Assembly (NCBI RefSeq): GCF_009914755.1
Contig: NC_060948.1
Source: the human T2T-CHM13v2.0 reference genome, Homo sapiens
Strand: one strand, 5' to 3'
Length of the DNA stretch: 64,000 bases
Shown piece by piece: positions 37,316 to 56,619 of the stretch (position 1 is the stretch's first letter; each line of letters begins with the position of its first letter). Both the position numbers and the translations under genes were made by a program. The notes below the pieces were generated by a model. That model had not been told where the DNA came from and did not search any database. It was given only the letters and a program-made list of their open reading frames with translations.

Positions 37316-39413
37316 AGATCCATATTTTTTAAATGAAAAAAAATTTCAAAGGTACTCTGCTTGGTACAATAATCAAATGTATAAACTGAGGAATAAAACA
37401 TAACCATGAAACCTACTTATAACTGCATATGGAAAATACAGAGGATAATTTTTTAAATAACATATTTTGAAAGCCTTAACTAGTAATTTGAAGAGTTGGC
37501 ATTTGAAAGGCCAGTATGAATATACCTTCAAAGCAGCAACACAGGTTCCCCATGAGAAAAAGCAAACACAGGGAAAATAAAAACACAAAGGTTCAATCTC
37601 TTCTGACCTTTGAAAGACACAGCACAGACAGTGGTCCTTAGGACGAAGAGCAGGAGACCCCTAATTCCGTCACCATGGCGATAGGGCATAAACATTGCTG
37701 GGTGAGGGCACAATCCACATTGTGAGGTCCAACTGCTGCCAGGAAGACAGGAGTGCTTTTACATAGACCGAAAGGTCATTGAAGGCTCAGAGTTTTGTTT
37801 CAAGAACTGAATCCCAAGCCCACACGTTATTAGGCTGCGCTTCTTAAAACAAGTTATGAGATGGGAAAAAGGGCACCCACAAACATACGTATACATTATG
37901 TATATAATAATATACAGTATCATATATATAATATATATAACCTATGTATAATATTGTTTTACATCCTGCATCTTATGTTATATATATTGTATAAAATATA
38001 ATAATTGATAATATATAAGTTTTATAATTATACAATATGACATATAGTATATATTATAATTTATGACATATATAATATATGTTATATATCATATATAGAA
38101 TATATTATACGGTTAATATACGTATTAAATATAAATTATACATTATATATATTATATATAATATATCTGTTATATATAATACCCATTATGCATAATATAT
38201 ATATTATGTCTATGTTATATATAGTATAAAACAACATATAATAATATATAATTGTATATATAAAATGCGACATATAATATATATTATATTTTATAACATA
38301 TGTAATATATATTATATATAATACGTTGTATGTATAATACCTATATTAAATATATATTATATGACTATGTTATTAATTACATGTCACATGTGTTATATAT
38401 TATATATTTTACATAGAATATACCGGTTACATACAATATATACTATGTTACCTATAATGTATAATTTATTACAAGTAAAATAAAGAATGCAATATATTAT
38501 GTATAATTTATAATATACCATATGTGGAATGTGATATATATAACATATAATATATGATATATGATATACAGTATATGATATATAACATACAATATATGAT
38601 TCCTAATATATATGGTATACAATATATATTTTATGATATGTATTCTATATGTTTTATATTCTGTTATATATAACTATTTGAAATTATATATAACTGTATA
38701 ATATTTTATGTAAATATGTAATATAATATATATAACTATATAATATATTATATATAACTATATATTATGTTATATATACTTTTATAACATAATTTACATA
38801 AAATATCATAATATAATATATATTATATTATTTCATATTACATAATGTATATTACATATCACCCAATATAACTAACATACATAATATTATAATATAGATT
38901 ATATTGTGTTATATTAAATATCATATATAGCATGTATCATATATTCTATAATATATATTACACATTATATAATATGTATGTTGTCTATTATGTGATATAT
39001 ATAACTATATATATAATTATATTTTTATACATATAACTAGATAAACATGTAATTCTACATATTTTCATTTATAATATGTAGAATTATATAATCATATATA
39101 ATTATTTATATTCTATAAAAAATTTTATCATTATATAAATTATAATATATAAAAATTATAATATGTACTACAAATATATATATTATATATCATATATGAT
39201 ATAGTACCTTTGTTATATATCATAATACATATAAATGTGTATTATGTTATCTATAATTATATAATTTCATATATAAGATGTATAATATGTATCATATATT
39301 ATAGATGTTATGTAATATATATAGTATATATAAGATGACACAGGATAAATATTATATACTATGACATATAAAATATATGAGGTTATATGTTACATATAAG
39401 GCATAGCACATAA

Positions 39414-39728
<315 letters not shown>

Positions 39729-41826
39729 AGATCCATATTTTTTAAATGAAAAAAAATTTCAAAGGTACTCTGCTTGGTACAATAATCAAATGTATAAACT
39801 GAGGAATAAAACATAACCATGAAACCTACTTATAACTGCATATGGAAAATACAGAGGATAATTTTTTAAATAACATATTTTGAAAGCCTTAACTAGTAAT
39901 TTGAAGAGTTGGCATTTGAAAGGCCAGTATGAGTATACCTTCAAAGCAGCAACACAGGTTCCCCATGAGAAAAAGCAAACACAGGGAAAATAAAAACACA
40001 AAGGTTCAATCTCTTCTGACCTTTGAAAGACACAGCACAGACAGTGGTCCTTAGGACGAAGAGCAGGAGACCCCTAATTCCGTCACCATGGCGATAGGGC
40101 ATAAACATTGCTGGGTGAGGGCACAATCCACATTGTGAGGTCCAACTGCTGCCAGGAAGACAGGAGTGCTTTTACATAGACCGAAAGGTCATTGAAGGCT
40201 CAGAGTTTTGTTTCAAGAACTGAATCCCAAGCCCACACGTTATTAGGCTGCGCTTCTTAAAACAAGTTATGAGATGGGAAAAAGGGCACCCACAAACATA
40301 CGTATACATTATGTATATAATAATATACAGTATCATATATATAATATATATAACCTATGTATAATATTGTTTTACATCCTGCATCTTATGTTATATATAT
40401 TGTATAAAATATAATAATTGATAATATATAAGTTTTATAATTATACAATATGACATATAGTATATATTATAATTTATGACATATATAATATATGTTATAT
40501 ATCATATATAGAATATATTATACGGTTAATATACGTATTAAATATAAATTATACATTATATATATTATATATAATATATCTGTTATATATAATACCCATT
40601 ATGCATAATATATATATTATGTCTATGTTATATATAGTATAAAACAACATATAATAATATATAATTGTATATATAAAATGCGACATATAATATATATTAT
40701 ATTTTATAACATATGTAATATATATTATATATAATACGTTGTATGTATAATACCTATATTAAATATATATTATATGACTATGTTATTAATTACATGTCAC
40801 ATGTGTTATATATTATATATTTTACATAGAATATACCGGTTACATACAATATATACTATGTTACCTATAATGTATAATTTATTACAAGTAAAATAAAGAA
40901 TGCAATATATTATGTATAATTTATAATATACCATATGTGGAATGTGATATATATAACATATAATATATGATATATGATATACAGTATATGATATATAACA
41001 TACAATATATGATTCCTAATATATATGGTATACAATATATATTTTATGATATGTATTCTATATGTTTTATATTCTGTTATATTTAACTATTTGAAATTAT
41101 ATATAACTGTATAATATTTTATGTAAATATGTAATATAATATATATAACTATATAATATATTATATATAACTATATTTTATGTTATATATACTTTTATAA
41201 CATAATTTACATAAAATATCATAATATAATATATATTATATTATTTCATATTACATAATATATATTACATATCACCCAATATAACTAACATACATAATAT
41301 TATAATATAGATTATATTGTGTTATATTAAATATCATATATAGCATGTATCATATATTCTATAATATATATTACACATTATATAATATGTATGTTGTCTA
41401 TTATGTGATATATATAACTATATATATAATTATATTTTTATACATATAACTAGATAAACATGTAATTCTACATATTTTCATTTATAATATGTAGAATTAT
41501 ATAATCATATATAATTATTTATATTCTATAAAAAATTTTATCATTATATAAATTATAATATATAAAAATTATAATATGTACTACAAATATATATATTAGA
41601 TATCATATATGATATAGTACCTTTGTTATATATCATAATACATATAAATGTGTATTATGTTATCTATAATTATATAATTTCATATATAAGATGTATAATA
41701 TGTATCATATATTATAGATGTTATGTAATATATATAGTATATATAAGATGACACAGGATAAATATTATATACTATGACATATAAAATATATGAGGTTATA
41801 TGTTACATATAAGGCATAGCACATAA

Positions 41827-42141
<315 letters not shown>

Positions 42142-44262
42142 AGATCCATATTTTTTAAATGAAAAAAAATTTCAAAGGTACTCTGCTTGGTACAATAATC
42201 AAATGTATAAACTGAGGAATAAAACATAACCATGAAACCTACTTATAACTGCATATGGAAAATACAGAGGATAATTTTTTAAATAACATATTTTGAAAGC
42301 CTTAACTAGTAATTTGAAGAGTTGGCATTTGAAAGGCCAGTATGAGTATACCTTCAAAGCAGCAACACAGGTTCCCCATGAGAAAAAGCAAACACAGGGA
42401 AAATAAAAACACAAAGGTTCAATCTCTTCTGACCTTTGAAAGACACAGCACAGACAGTGGTCCTTAGGACGAAGAGCAGGAGACCCCTAATTCCGTCACC
42501 ATGGCGATAGGGCATAAACATTGCTGGGTGAGGGCACAATCCACATTGTGAGGTCCAACTGCTGCCAGGAAGACAGGAGTGCTTTTACATAGACCGAAAG
42601 GTCATTGAAGGCTCAGAGTTTTGTTTCAAGAACTGAATCCCAAGCCCACACGTTATTAGGCTGCGCTTCTTAAAACAAGTTATGAGATGGGAAAAAGGGC
42701 ACCCACAAACATACGTATACATTATGTATATAATAATATACAGTATCATATATATAATATATATAACCTATGTATAATATTGTTTTACATCCTGCATCTT
42801 ATGTTATATATATTGTATAAAATATAATAATTGATAATATATAAGTTTTATAATTATACAATATGACATATAGTATATATTATAATTTATGACATATATA
42901 ATATATGTTATATATCATATATAGAATATATTATACGGTTAATATACGTATTAAATATAAATTATACATTATATATATTATATATAATATATCTGTTATA
43001 TATAATACCCATTATGCATAATATATATATTATGTCTATGTTATATATAGTATAAAACAACATATAATAATATATAATTGTATATATAAAATGCGACATA
43101 TAATATATATTATATTTTATAACATATGTAATATATATTATATATAATACGTTGTATGTATAATACCTATATTAAATATATATTATATGACTATGTTATT
43201 AATTACATGTCACATGTGTTATATATTATATATTTTACATAGAATATACCGGTTACATACAATATATACTATGTTACCTATAATGTATAATTTATTACAA
43301 GTAAAATAAAGAATGCAATATATTATGTATAATTTATAATATACCATATGTGGAATGTGATATATATAACATATAATATATGATATATGATATACAGTAT
43401 ATGATATATAACATACAATATATGATTCCTAATATATATGGTATACAATATATATTTTATGATATGTATTCTATATGTTTTATATTCTGTTATATATAAC
43501 TATTTGAAATTATATATAACTGTATAATATTTTATGTAAATATGTAATATAATATATATAACTATATAATATATTATATATAACTATATATTATGTTATA
43601 TATACTTTTATAACATAATTTACATAAAATATCATAATATAATATATATTATATTATTTCATATTACATAATGTATATTACATATCACCCAATATAACTA
43701 ACATACATAATATTATAATATAGATTATATTGTGTTATATTAAATATCATATATAGCATGTATCATATATTCTATAATATATATTACACATTATATAATA
43801 TGTATGTTGTCTATTATGTGATATATATAACTATATATATAATTATATTTTTATACATATAACTAGATAAACATGTAATTCTACATATTTTCATTTATAA
43901 TATGTAGAATTATATAATCATATATAATTATTTATATTCTATAAAAAATTTTATCATTATATAAATTATAATATATAAAAATTATAATATGTACTACAAA
44001 TATATATATTATATATCATATATGATATAGTACCTTTGTTATATATCATAATACATATAAATGTGTATTATGTTATCTATAATTATATAATTTCATATAT
44101 AAGATGTATAATATGTATCATATATTATAGATGTTATGTAATATATATAGTATATATAAGATGACACAGGATAAATATTATATACTATGACATATAAAAT
44201 ATATGAGGTTATATGTTACATATAAGGCATAGCACATAACATGTAATATATATCATATATAA

Positions 44263-44554
44263 TTTTTTTTTAGACAGAATCTTGTCCTGTTGCACAGGGT
44301 GGGGTACAATGGCGCCATCTTTGCTCACTGCAACTTCTGCCTCATGGGTCCAAGCGATTGTCCTCCCTCAGCCTCCCAGGTAGCTGGGACTACACCACAC
44401 TGGGACTACACCAGCTGCCACCATGCCTAGCTAATTTTTTGGATTTTTAGTAGTGACAGCGTTTCACTGTATTGGCCAGGATGGTCTTGATCTCTTCACC
44501 TTGTGATCCCCTTGCCTTGGCCTCCAAATTTGCTGGGATTACAGGCCTGAGCCA
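44263..44554 (-). mobile_element. Decayed Alu, unit U19
   Basis: Near-identical copy; private CpG>TpG at 44345. Confidence 0.95.
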
Positions 44555-46675
44555 AGATCCATATTTTTTAAATGAAAAAAAATTTCAAAGGTACTCTGCT
44601 TGGTACAATAATCAAATGTATAAACTGAGGAATAAAACATAACCATGAAACCTACTTATAACTGCATATGGAAAATACAGAGGATAATTTTTTAAATAAC
44701 ATATTTTGAAAGCCTTAACTAGTAATTTGAAGAGTTGGCATTTGAAAGGCCAGTATGAGTATACCTTCAAAGCAGCAACACAGGTTCCCCATGAGAAAAA
44801 GCAAACACAGGGAAAATAAAAACACAAAGGTTCAATCTCTTCTGACCTTTGAAAGACACAGCACAGACAGTGGTCCTTAGGACGAAGAGCAGGAGACCCC
44901 TAATTCCGTCACCATGGCGATAGGGCATAAACATTGCTGGGTGAGGGCACAATCCACATTGTGAGGTCCAACTGCTGCCAGGAAGACAGGAGTGCTTTTA
45001 CATAGACCGAAAGGTCATTGAAGGCTCAGAGTTTTGTTTCAAGAACTGAATCCCAAGCCCACACGTTATTAGGCTGCGCTTCTTAAAACAAGTTATGAGA
45101 TGGGAAAAAGGGCACCCACAAACATACGTATACATTATGTATATAATAATATACAGTATCATATATATAATATATATAACCTATGTATAATATTGTTTTA
45201 CATCCTGCATCTTATGTTATATATATTGTATAAAATATAATAATTGATAATATATAAGTTTTATAATTATACAATATGACATATAGTATATATTATAATT
45301 TATGACATATATAATATATGTTATATATCATATATAGAATATATTATACGGTTAATATACGTATTAAATATAAATTATACATTATATATATTATATATAA
45401 TATATCTGTTATATATAATACCCATTATGCATAATATATATATTATGTCTATGTTATATATAGTATAAAACAACATATAATAATATATAATTGTATATAT
45501 AAAATGCGACATATAATATATATTATATTTTATAACATATGTAATATATATTATATATAATACGTTGTATGTATAATACCTATATTAAATATATATTATA
45601 TGACTATGTTATTAATTACATGTCACATGTGTTATATATTATATATTTTACATAGAATATACCGGTTACATACAATATATACTATGTTACCTATAATGTA
45701 TAATTTATTACAAGTAAAATAAAGAATGCAATATATTATGTATAATTTATAATATACCATATGTGGAATGTGATATATATAACATATAATATATGATATA
45801 TGATATACAGTATATGATATATAACATACAATATATGATTCCTAATATATATGGTATACAATATATATTTTATGATATGTATTCTATATGTTTTATATTC
45901 TGTTATATATAACTATTTGAAATTATATATAACTGTATAATATTTTATGTAAATATGTAATATAATATATATAACTATATAATATATTATATATAACTAT
46001 ATATTATGTTATATATACTTTTATAACATAATTTACATAAAATATCATAATATAATATATATTATATTATTTCATATTACATAATGTATATTACATATCA
46101 CCCAATATAACTAACATACATAATATTATAATATAGATTATATTGTGTTATATTAAATATCATATATAGCATGTATCATATATTCTATAATATATATTAC
46201 ACATTATATAATATGTATGTTGTCTATTATGTGATATATATAACTATATATATAATTATATTTTTATACATATAACTAGATAAACATGTAATTCTACATA
46301 TTTTCATTTATAATATGTAGAATTATATAATCATATATAATTATTTATATTCTATAAAAAATTTTATCATTATATAAATTATAATATATAAAAATTATAA
46401 TATGTACTACAAATATATATATTAGATATCATATATGATATAGTACCTTTGTTATATATCATAATACATATAAATGTGTATTATGTTATCTATAATTATA
46501 TAATTTCATATATAAGATGTATATTATGTATCATATATTATAGATGTTATGTAATATATATAGTATATATAAGATGACACAGGATAAATATTATATACTA
46601 TGACATATAAAATATATGAGGTTATATGTTACATATAAGGCATAGCACATAACATGTAATATATATCATATATAA

Positions 46676-46967
46676 TTTTTTTTTAGACAGAATCTTGTCC
46701 TGTTGCACAGGGTGGGGTACAATGGCGCCATCTTTGCTCACTGCAACTTCTGCCTCACGGGTCCAACCGATTGTCCTCCCTCAGCCTCCCAGGTAGCTGG
46801 GACTACACCACACTGGGACTACACCAGCTGCCACCATGCCTAGCTAATTTTTTGGATTTTTAGTAGTGACAGCGTTTCACTGTATTGGCCAGGATGGTCT
46901 TGATCTCTTCACCTTGTGATCCCCTTGCCTTGGCCTCCAAATTTGCTGGGATTACAGGCCTGAGCCA
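46676..46967 (-). mobile_element. Decayed Alu, unit U20
   Basis: Near-identical copy; ccaaccga variant. Confidence 0.95.
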
Positions 46968-49065
46968 AGATCCATATTTTTTAAATGAAAAAAAATTTCA
47001 AAGGTACTCTGCTTGGTACAATAATCAAATGTATAAACTGAGGAATAAAACATAACCATGAAACCTACTTATAACTGCATATGGAAAATACAGAGGATAA
47101 TTTTTTAAATAACATATTTTGAAAGCCTTAACTAGTAATTTGAAGAGTTGGCATTTGAAAGGCCAGTATGAGTATACCTTCAAAGCAGCAACACAGGTTC
47201 CCCATGAGAAAAAGCAAACACAGGGAAAATAAAAACACAAAGGTTCAATCTCTTCTGACCTTTGAAAGACACAGCACAGACAGTGGTCCTTAGGACGAAG
47301 AGCAGGAGACCCCTAATTCCGTCACCATGGCGATAGGGCATAAACATTGCTGGGTGAGGGCACAATCCACATTGTGAGGTCCAACTGCTGCCAGGAAGAC
47401 AGGAGTGCTTTTACATAGACCGAAAGGTCATTGAAGGCTCAGAGTTTTGTTTCAAGAACTGAATCCCAAGCCCACACGTTATTAGGCTGCGCTTCTTAAA
47501 ACAAGTTATGAGATGGGAAAAAGGGCACCCACAAACATACGTATACATTATGTATATAATAATATACAGTATCATATATATAATATATATAACCTATGTA
47601 TAATATTGTTTTACATCCTGCATCTTATGTTATATATATTGTATAAAATATAATAATTGATAATATATAAGTTTTATAATTATACAATATGACATATAGT
47701 ATATATTATAATTTATGACATATATAATATATGTTATATATCATATATAGAATATATTATACGGTTAATATACGTATTAAATATAAATTATACATTATAT
47801 ATATTATATATAATATATCTGTTATATATAATACCCATTATGCATAATATATATATTATGTCTATGTTATATATAGTATAAAACAACATATAATAATATA
47901 TAATTGTATATATAAAATGCGACATATAATATATATTATATTTTATAACATATGTAATATATATTATATATAATACGTTGTATGTATAATACCTATATTA
48001 AATATATATTATATGACTATGTTATTAATTACATGTCACATGTGTTATATATTATATATTTTACATAGAATATACCGGTTACATACAATATATACTATGT
48101 TACCTATAATGTATAATTTATTACAAGTAAAATAAAGAATGCAATATATTATGTATAATTTATAATATACCATATGTGGAATGTGATATATATAACATAT
48201 AATATATGATATATGATATACAGTATATGATATATAACATACAATATATGATTCCTAATATATATGGTATACAATATATATTTTATGATATGTATTCTAT
48301 ATGTTTTATATTCTGTTATATATAACTATTTGAAATTATATATAACTGTATAATATTTTATGTAAATATGTAATATAATATATATAACTATATAATATAT
48401 TATATATAACTATATATTATGTTATATATACTTTTATAACATAATTTACATAAAATATCATAATATAATATATATTATATTATTTCATATTACATAATGT
48501 ATATTACATATCACCCAATATAACTAACATACATAATATTATAATATAGATTATATTGTGTTATATTAAATATCATATATAGCATGTATCATATATTCTA
48601 TAATATATATTACACATTATATAATATGTATGTTGTCTATTATGTGATATATATAACTATATATATAATTATATTTTTATACATATAACTAGATAAACAT
48701 GTAATTCTACATATTTTCATTTATAATATGTAGAATTATATAATCATATATAATTATTTATATTCTATAAAAAATTTTATCATTATATAAATTATAATAT
48801 ATAAAAATTATAATATGTACTACAAATATATATATTATATATCATATATGATATAGTACCTTTGTTATATATCATAATACATATAAATGTGTATTATGTT
48901 ATCTATAATTATATAATTTCATATATAAGATGTATAATATGTATCATATATTATATATGTTATGTAATATATATAGTATATATAAGATGACACAGGATAA
49001 ATATTATATACTATGACATATAAAATATATGAGGTTATATGTTACATATAAGGCATAGCACATAA

Positions 49066-49380
<315 letters not shown>

Positions 49381-51478
49381 AGATCCATATTTTTTAAATG
49401 AAAAAAAATTTCAAAGGTACTCTGCTTGGTACAATAATCAAATGTATAAACTGAGGAATAAAACATAACCATGAAACCTACTTATAACTGCATATGGAAA
49501 ATACAGAGGATAATTTTTTAAATCACATATTTTGAAAGCCTTAACTAGTAATTTGAAGAGTTGGCATTTGAAAGGCCAGTATGAATATACCTTCAAAGCA
49601 GCAACACAGGTTCCCCATGAGAAAAAGCAAACACAGGGAAAATAAAAACACAAAGGTTCAATCTCTTCTGACCTTTGAAAGACACAGCACAGACAGTGGT
49701 CCTTAGGACGAAGAGCAGGAGACCCCTAATTCCGTCACCATGGCGATAGGGCATAAACATTGCTGGGTGAGGGCACAATCCACATTGTGAGGTCCAACTG
49801 CTGCCAGGAAGACAGGAGTGCTTTTACATAGACCGAAAGGTCATTGAAGGCTCAGAGTTTTGTTTCAAGAACTGAATCCCAAGCCCACACGTTATTAGGC
49901 TGCGCTTCTTAAAACAAGTTATGAGATGGGAAAAAGGGCACCCACAAACATACGTATACATTATGTATATAATAATATACAGTATCATATATATAATATA
50001 TATAACCTATGTATAATATTGTTTTACATCCTGCATCTTATGTTATATATATTGTATAAAATATAATAATTGATAATATATAAGTTTTATAATTATACAA
50101 TATGACATATAGTATATATTATAATTTATGACATATATAATATATGTTATATATCATATATAGAATATATTATACGGTTAATATACGTATTAAATATAAA
50201 TTATACATTATATATATTATATATAATATATCTGTTATATATAATACCCATTATGCATAATATATATATTATGTCTATGTTATATATAGTATAAAACAAC
50301 ATATAATAATATATAATTGTATATATAAAATGCGACATATAATATATATTATATTTTATAACATATGTAATATATATTATATATAATACGTTGTATGTAT
50401 AATACCTATATTAAATATATATTATATGACTATGTTATTAATTACATGTCACATGTGTTATATATTATATATTTTACATAGAATATACCGGTTACATACA
50501 ATATATACTATGTTACCTATAATGTATAATTTATTACAAGTAAAATAAAGAATGCAATATATTATGTATAATTTATAATATACCATATGTGGAATGTGAT
50601 ATATATAACATATAATATATGATATATGATATACAGTATATGATCTATAACATACAATATATGATTCCTAATATATATGGTATACAATATATATTTTATG
50701 ATATGTATTCTATATGTTTTATATTCTGTTATATATAACTATTTGAAATTATATATAACTGTATAATATTTTATGTAAATATGTAATATAATATATATAA
50801 CTATATAATATATTATATATAACTATATATTATGTTATATATACTTTTATAACATAATTTACATAAAATATCATAATATAATATATATTATATTATTTCA
50901 TATTACATAATATATATTACATATCACCCAATATAACTAACATACATAATATTATAATATAGATTATATTGTGTTATATTAAATATCATATATAGCATGT
51001 ATCATATATTCTATAATATATATTACACATTATATAATATGTATGTTGTCTATTATGTGATATATATAACTATATATATAATTATATTTTTATACATATA
51101 ACTAGATAAACATGTAATTCTACATATTTTCATTTATAATATGTAGAATTATATAATCATATATAATTATTTATATTCTATAAAAAATTTTATCTTTATA
51201 TAAATTATAATATATAAAAATTATAATATGTACTACAAATATATATATTATATATCATATATGATATAGTACCTTTGTTATATATCATAATACATATAAA
51301 TGTGTATTATGTTATCTATAATTATATAATTTCATATATAAGATGTATAATATGTATCATATATTATATATGTTATGTAATATATATAGTATATATAAGA
51401 TGACACAGGATAAATATTATATACTATGACATATAAAATATATGAGGTTATATGTTACATATAAGGCATAGCACATAA

Positions 51479-51793
<315 letters not shown>

Positions 51794-53891
51794 AGATCCA
51801 TATTTTTTAAATGAAAAAAAATTTCAAAGGTACTCTGCTTGGTACAATAATCAAATGTATAAACTGAGGAATAAAACATAACCATGAAACCTACTTATAA
51901 CTGCATATGGAAAATACAGAGGATAATTTTTTAAATAACATATTTTGAAAGCCTTAACTAGTAATTTGAAGAGTTGGCATTTGAAAGGCCAGTATGAATA
52001 TACCTTCAAAGCAGCAACACAGGTTCCCCATGAGAAAAAGCAAACACAGGGAAAATAAAAACACAAAGGTTCAATCTCTTCTGACCTTTGAAAGACACAG
52101 CACAGACAGTGGTCCTTAGGACGAAGAGCAGGAGACCCCTAATTCCGTCACCATGGCGATAGGGCATAAACATTGCTGGGTGAGGGCACAATCCACATTG
52201 TGAGGTCCAACTGCTGCCAGGAAGACAGGAGTGCTTTTACATAGACCGAAAGGTCATTGAAGGCTCAGAGTTTTGTTTCAAGAACTGAATCCCAAGCCCA
52301 CACGTTATTAGGCTGCGCTTCTTAAAACAAGTTATGAGATGGGAAAAAGGGCACCCACAAACATACGTATACATTATGTATATAATAATATACAGTATCA
52401 TATATATAATATATGTAACCTATGTATAATATTGTTTTACATCCTGCATCCTATGTTATATATATTGTATAAAATATAATAATTGATAATATATAAGTTT
52501 TATAATTATACAATATGACATATAGTATATATTATAATTTATGACATATATAATATATGTTATATATCATATATAGAATATATTATACGGTTAATATACG
52601 TATTAAATATAAATTATACATTATATATATTATATATAATATATCTGTTATATATAATACCCATTATGCATAATATATATATTATGTCTATGTTATATAT
52701 AGTATAAAACAACATATAATAATATATAATTGTATATATAAAATGCGACATAGAATATATATTATATTTTATAACATATGTAATATATATTATATATAAT
52801 ACGTTGTATGTATAATACCTATATTAAATATATATTATATGACTATGTTATTAATTACATGTCACATGTGTTATATATTATATATTTTACATAGAATATA
52901 CCGGTTACATACAATATATACTATGTTACCTATAACGTATAATTTATTACATGTAAAATAAAGAATGCAATATATTATGTAAAATTTATAATATACAATA
53001 TGTGGAATGTGATATATATAACATATAATATATGATATATGATATACAGTATATGATATATAACATACAATATATGATTCCTAATATATATAATATACAA
53101 TATATATTTTATGATATGTATTCTATATGTTTTATATTCTGTTATATTTAACTATTTGAAATTATATATAACTGTATAATATTTTATGTAAATATGTAAT
53201 ATAATATATATAACTATATAATATATTATATATATCTATATATTATGTTATATATACTTTTATAACATAATTTACATAAAATATCATAATATAATATATA
53301 TTATATTATTTCATATTACATAATATATATTACATATCACCCAATATAACTAACATACATAATATTATAATATAGATTATATTATGTTATATTAAATATC
53401 ATATATATCATGTATCATATATTCTATAATATATATTACACATTATATAATATGTATGTTGTCTATTATGTGATATATATAACTATATATATAATTATAT
53501 TTTTATACATATAACTAGATAAACATGTAATTCTACATATTTTCATTTATAATATGTAGAATTATATAATCATATATTATTATTTATATTCTATAAAAAA
53601 TTTTATCATTATATAAATTATAATATATAAAAATTATAATATATACTACAAATATATATATTATATATCATATATGATATAGTACCTTTGTTATATATCA
53701 TAATACATATAAATGTGTATTATGTTATCTATAATTATATGATTTCATATATAAGATGTATAATATGTATCATATATTATATATGTTATGTAATATATAT
53801 AGTATATATAAGATGACACAGGATAAATATTATATACTATGACATATAAAATATATGAGGTTATATGTTACATATAAGGCATAGCACATAA

Positions 53892-54206
<315 letters not shown>

Positions 54207-56327
54207 AGATCCATATTTTTTAAATGAAAAAAAATTTCAAAGGTACTCTGCTTGGTACAATAATCAAATGTATAAACTGAGGAATAAAACATAACCATGA
54301 AACCTACTTATAACTGCATATGGAAAATACAGAGGATAATTTTTTAAATAACATATTTTGAAAGCCTTAACTAGTAATTTGAAGAGTTGGCATTTGAAAG
54401 GCCAGTATGAGTATACCTTCAAAGCAGCAACACAGGTTCCCCATGAGAAAAAGCAAACACAGGGAAAATAAAAACACAAAGGTTCAATCTCTTCTGACCT
54501 TTGAAAGACACAGCACAGACAGTGGTCCTTAGGACGAAGAGCAGGAGACCCCTAATTCCGTCACCATGGCGATAGGGCATAAACATTGCTGGGTGAGGGC
54601 ACAATCCACATTGTGAGGTCCAACTGCTGCCAGGAAGACAGGAGTGCTTTTACATAGACCGAAAGGTCATTGAAGGCTCAGAGTTTTGTTTCAAGAACTG
54701 AATCCCAAGCCCACACGTTATTAGGCTGCGCTTCTTAAAACAAGTTATGAGATGGGAAAAAGGGCACCCACAAACATACGTATACATTATGTATATAATA
54801 ATATACAGTATCATATATATAATATATATAACCTATGTATAATATTGTTTTACATCCTGCATCTTATGTTATATATATTGTATAAAATATAATAATTGAT
54901 AATATATAAGTTTTATAATTATACAATATGACATATAGTATATATTATAATTTATGACATATATAATATATGTTATATATCATATATAGAATATATTATA
55001 CGGTTAATATACGTATTAAATATAAATTATACATTATATATATTATATATAATATATCTGTTATATATAATACCCATTATGCATAATATATATATTATGT
55101 CTATGTTATATATAGTATAAAACAACATATAATAATATATAATTGTATATATAAAATGCGACATATAATATATATTATATTTTATAACATATGTAATATA
55201 TATTATATATAATACGTTGTATGTATAATACCTATATTAAATATATATTATATGACTATGTTATTAATTACATGTCACATGTGTTATATATTATATATTT
55301 TACATAGAATATACCGGTTACATACAATATATACTATGTTACCTATAATGTATAATTTATTACAAGTAAAATAAAGAATGCAATATATTATGTATAATTT
55401 ATAATATACCATATGTGGAATGTGATATATATAACATATAATATATGATATATGATATACAGTATATGATATATAACATACAATATATGATTCCTAATAT
55501 ATATGGTATACAATATATATTTTATGATATGTATTCTATATGTTTTATATTCTGTTATATATAACTATTTGAAATTATATATAACTGTATAATATTTTAT
55601 GTAAATATGTAATATAATATATATAACTATATAATATATTATATATAACTATATATTATGTTATATATACTTTTATAACATAATTTACATAAAATATCAT
55701 AATATAATATATATTATATTATTTCATATTACATAATGTATATTACATATCACCCAATATAACTAACATACATAATATTATAATATAGATTATATTGTGT
55801 TATATTAAATATCATATATAGCATGTATCATATATTCTATAATATATATTACACATTATATAATATGTATGTTGTCTATTATGTGATATATATAACTATA
55901 TATATAATTATATTTTTATACATATAACTAGATAAACATGTAATTCTACATATTTTCATTTATAATATGTAGAATTATATAATCATATATAATTATTTAT
56001 ATTCTATAAAAAATTTTATCATTATATAAATTATAATATATAAAAATTATAATATGTACTACAAATATATATATTATATATCATATATGATATAGTACCT
56101 TTGTTATATATCATAATACATATAAATGTGTATTATGTTATCTATAATTATATAATTTCATATATAAGATGTATAATATGTATCATATATTATAGATGTT
56201 ATGTAATATATATAGTATATATAAGATGACACAGGATAAATATTATATACTATGACATATAAAATATATGAGGTTATATGTTACATATAAGGCATAGCAC
56301 ATAACATGTAATATATATCATATATAA

Positions 56328-56619
56328 TTTTTTTTTAGACAGAATCTTGTCCTGTTGCACAGGGTGGGGTACAATGGCGCCATCTTTGCTCACTGCAACT
56401 TCTGCCTCACGGGTCCAACCGATTGTCCTCCCTCAGCCTCCCAGGTAGCTGGGACTACACCACACTGGGACTACACCAGCTGCCACCATGCCTAGCTAAT
56501 TTTTTGGATTTTTAGTAGTGACAGCGTTTCACTGTATTGGCCAGGATGGTCTTGATCTCTTCACCTTGTGATCCCCTTGCCTTGGCCTCCAAATTTGCTG
56601 GGATTACAGGCCTGAGCCA
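56328..56619 (-). mobile_element. Decayed Alu, unit U24
   Basis: Near-identical copy; U20 type (ccaaccga). Confidence 0.95.
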
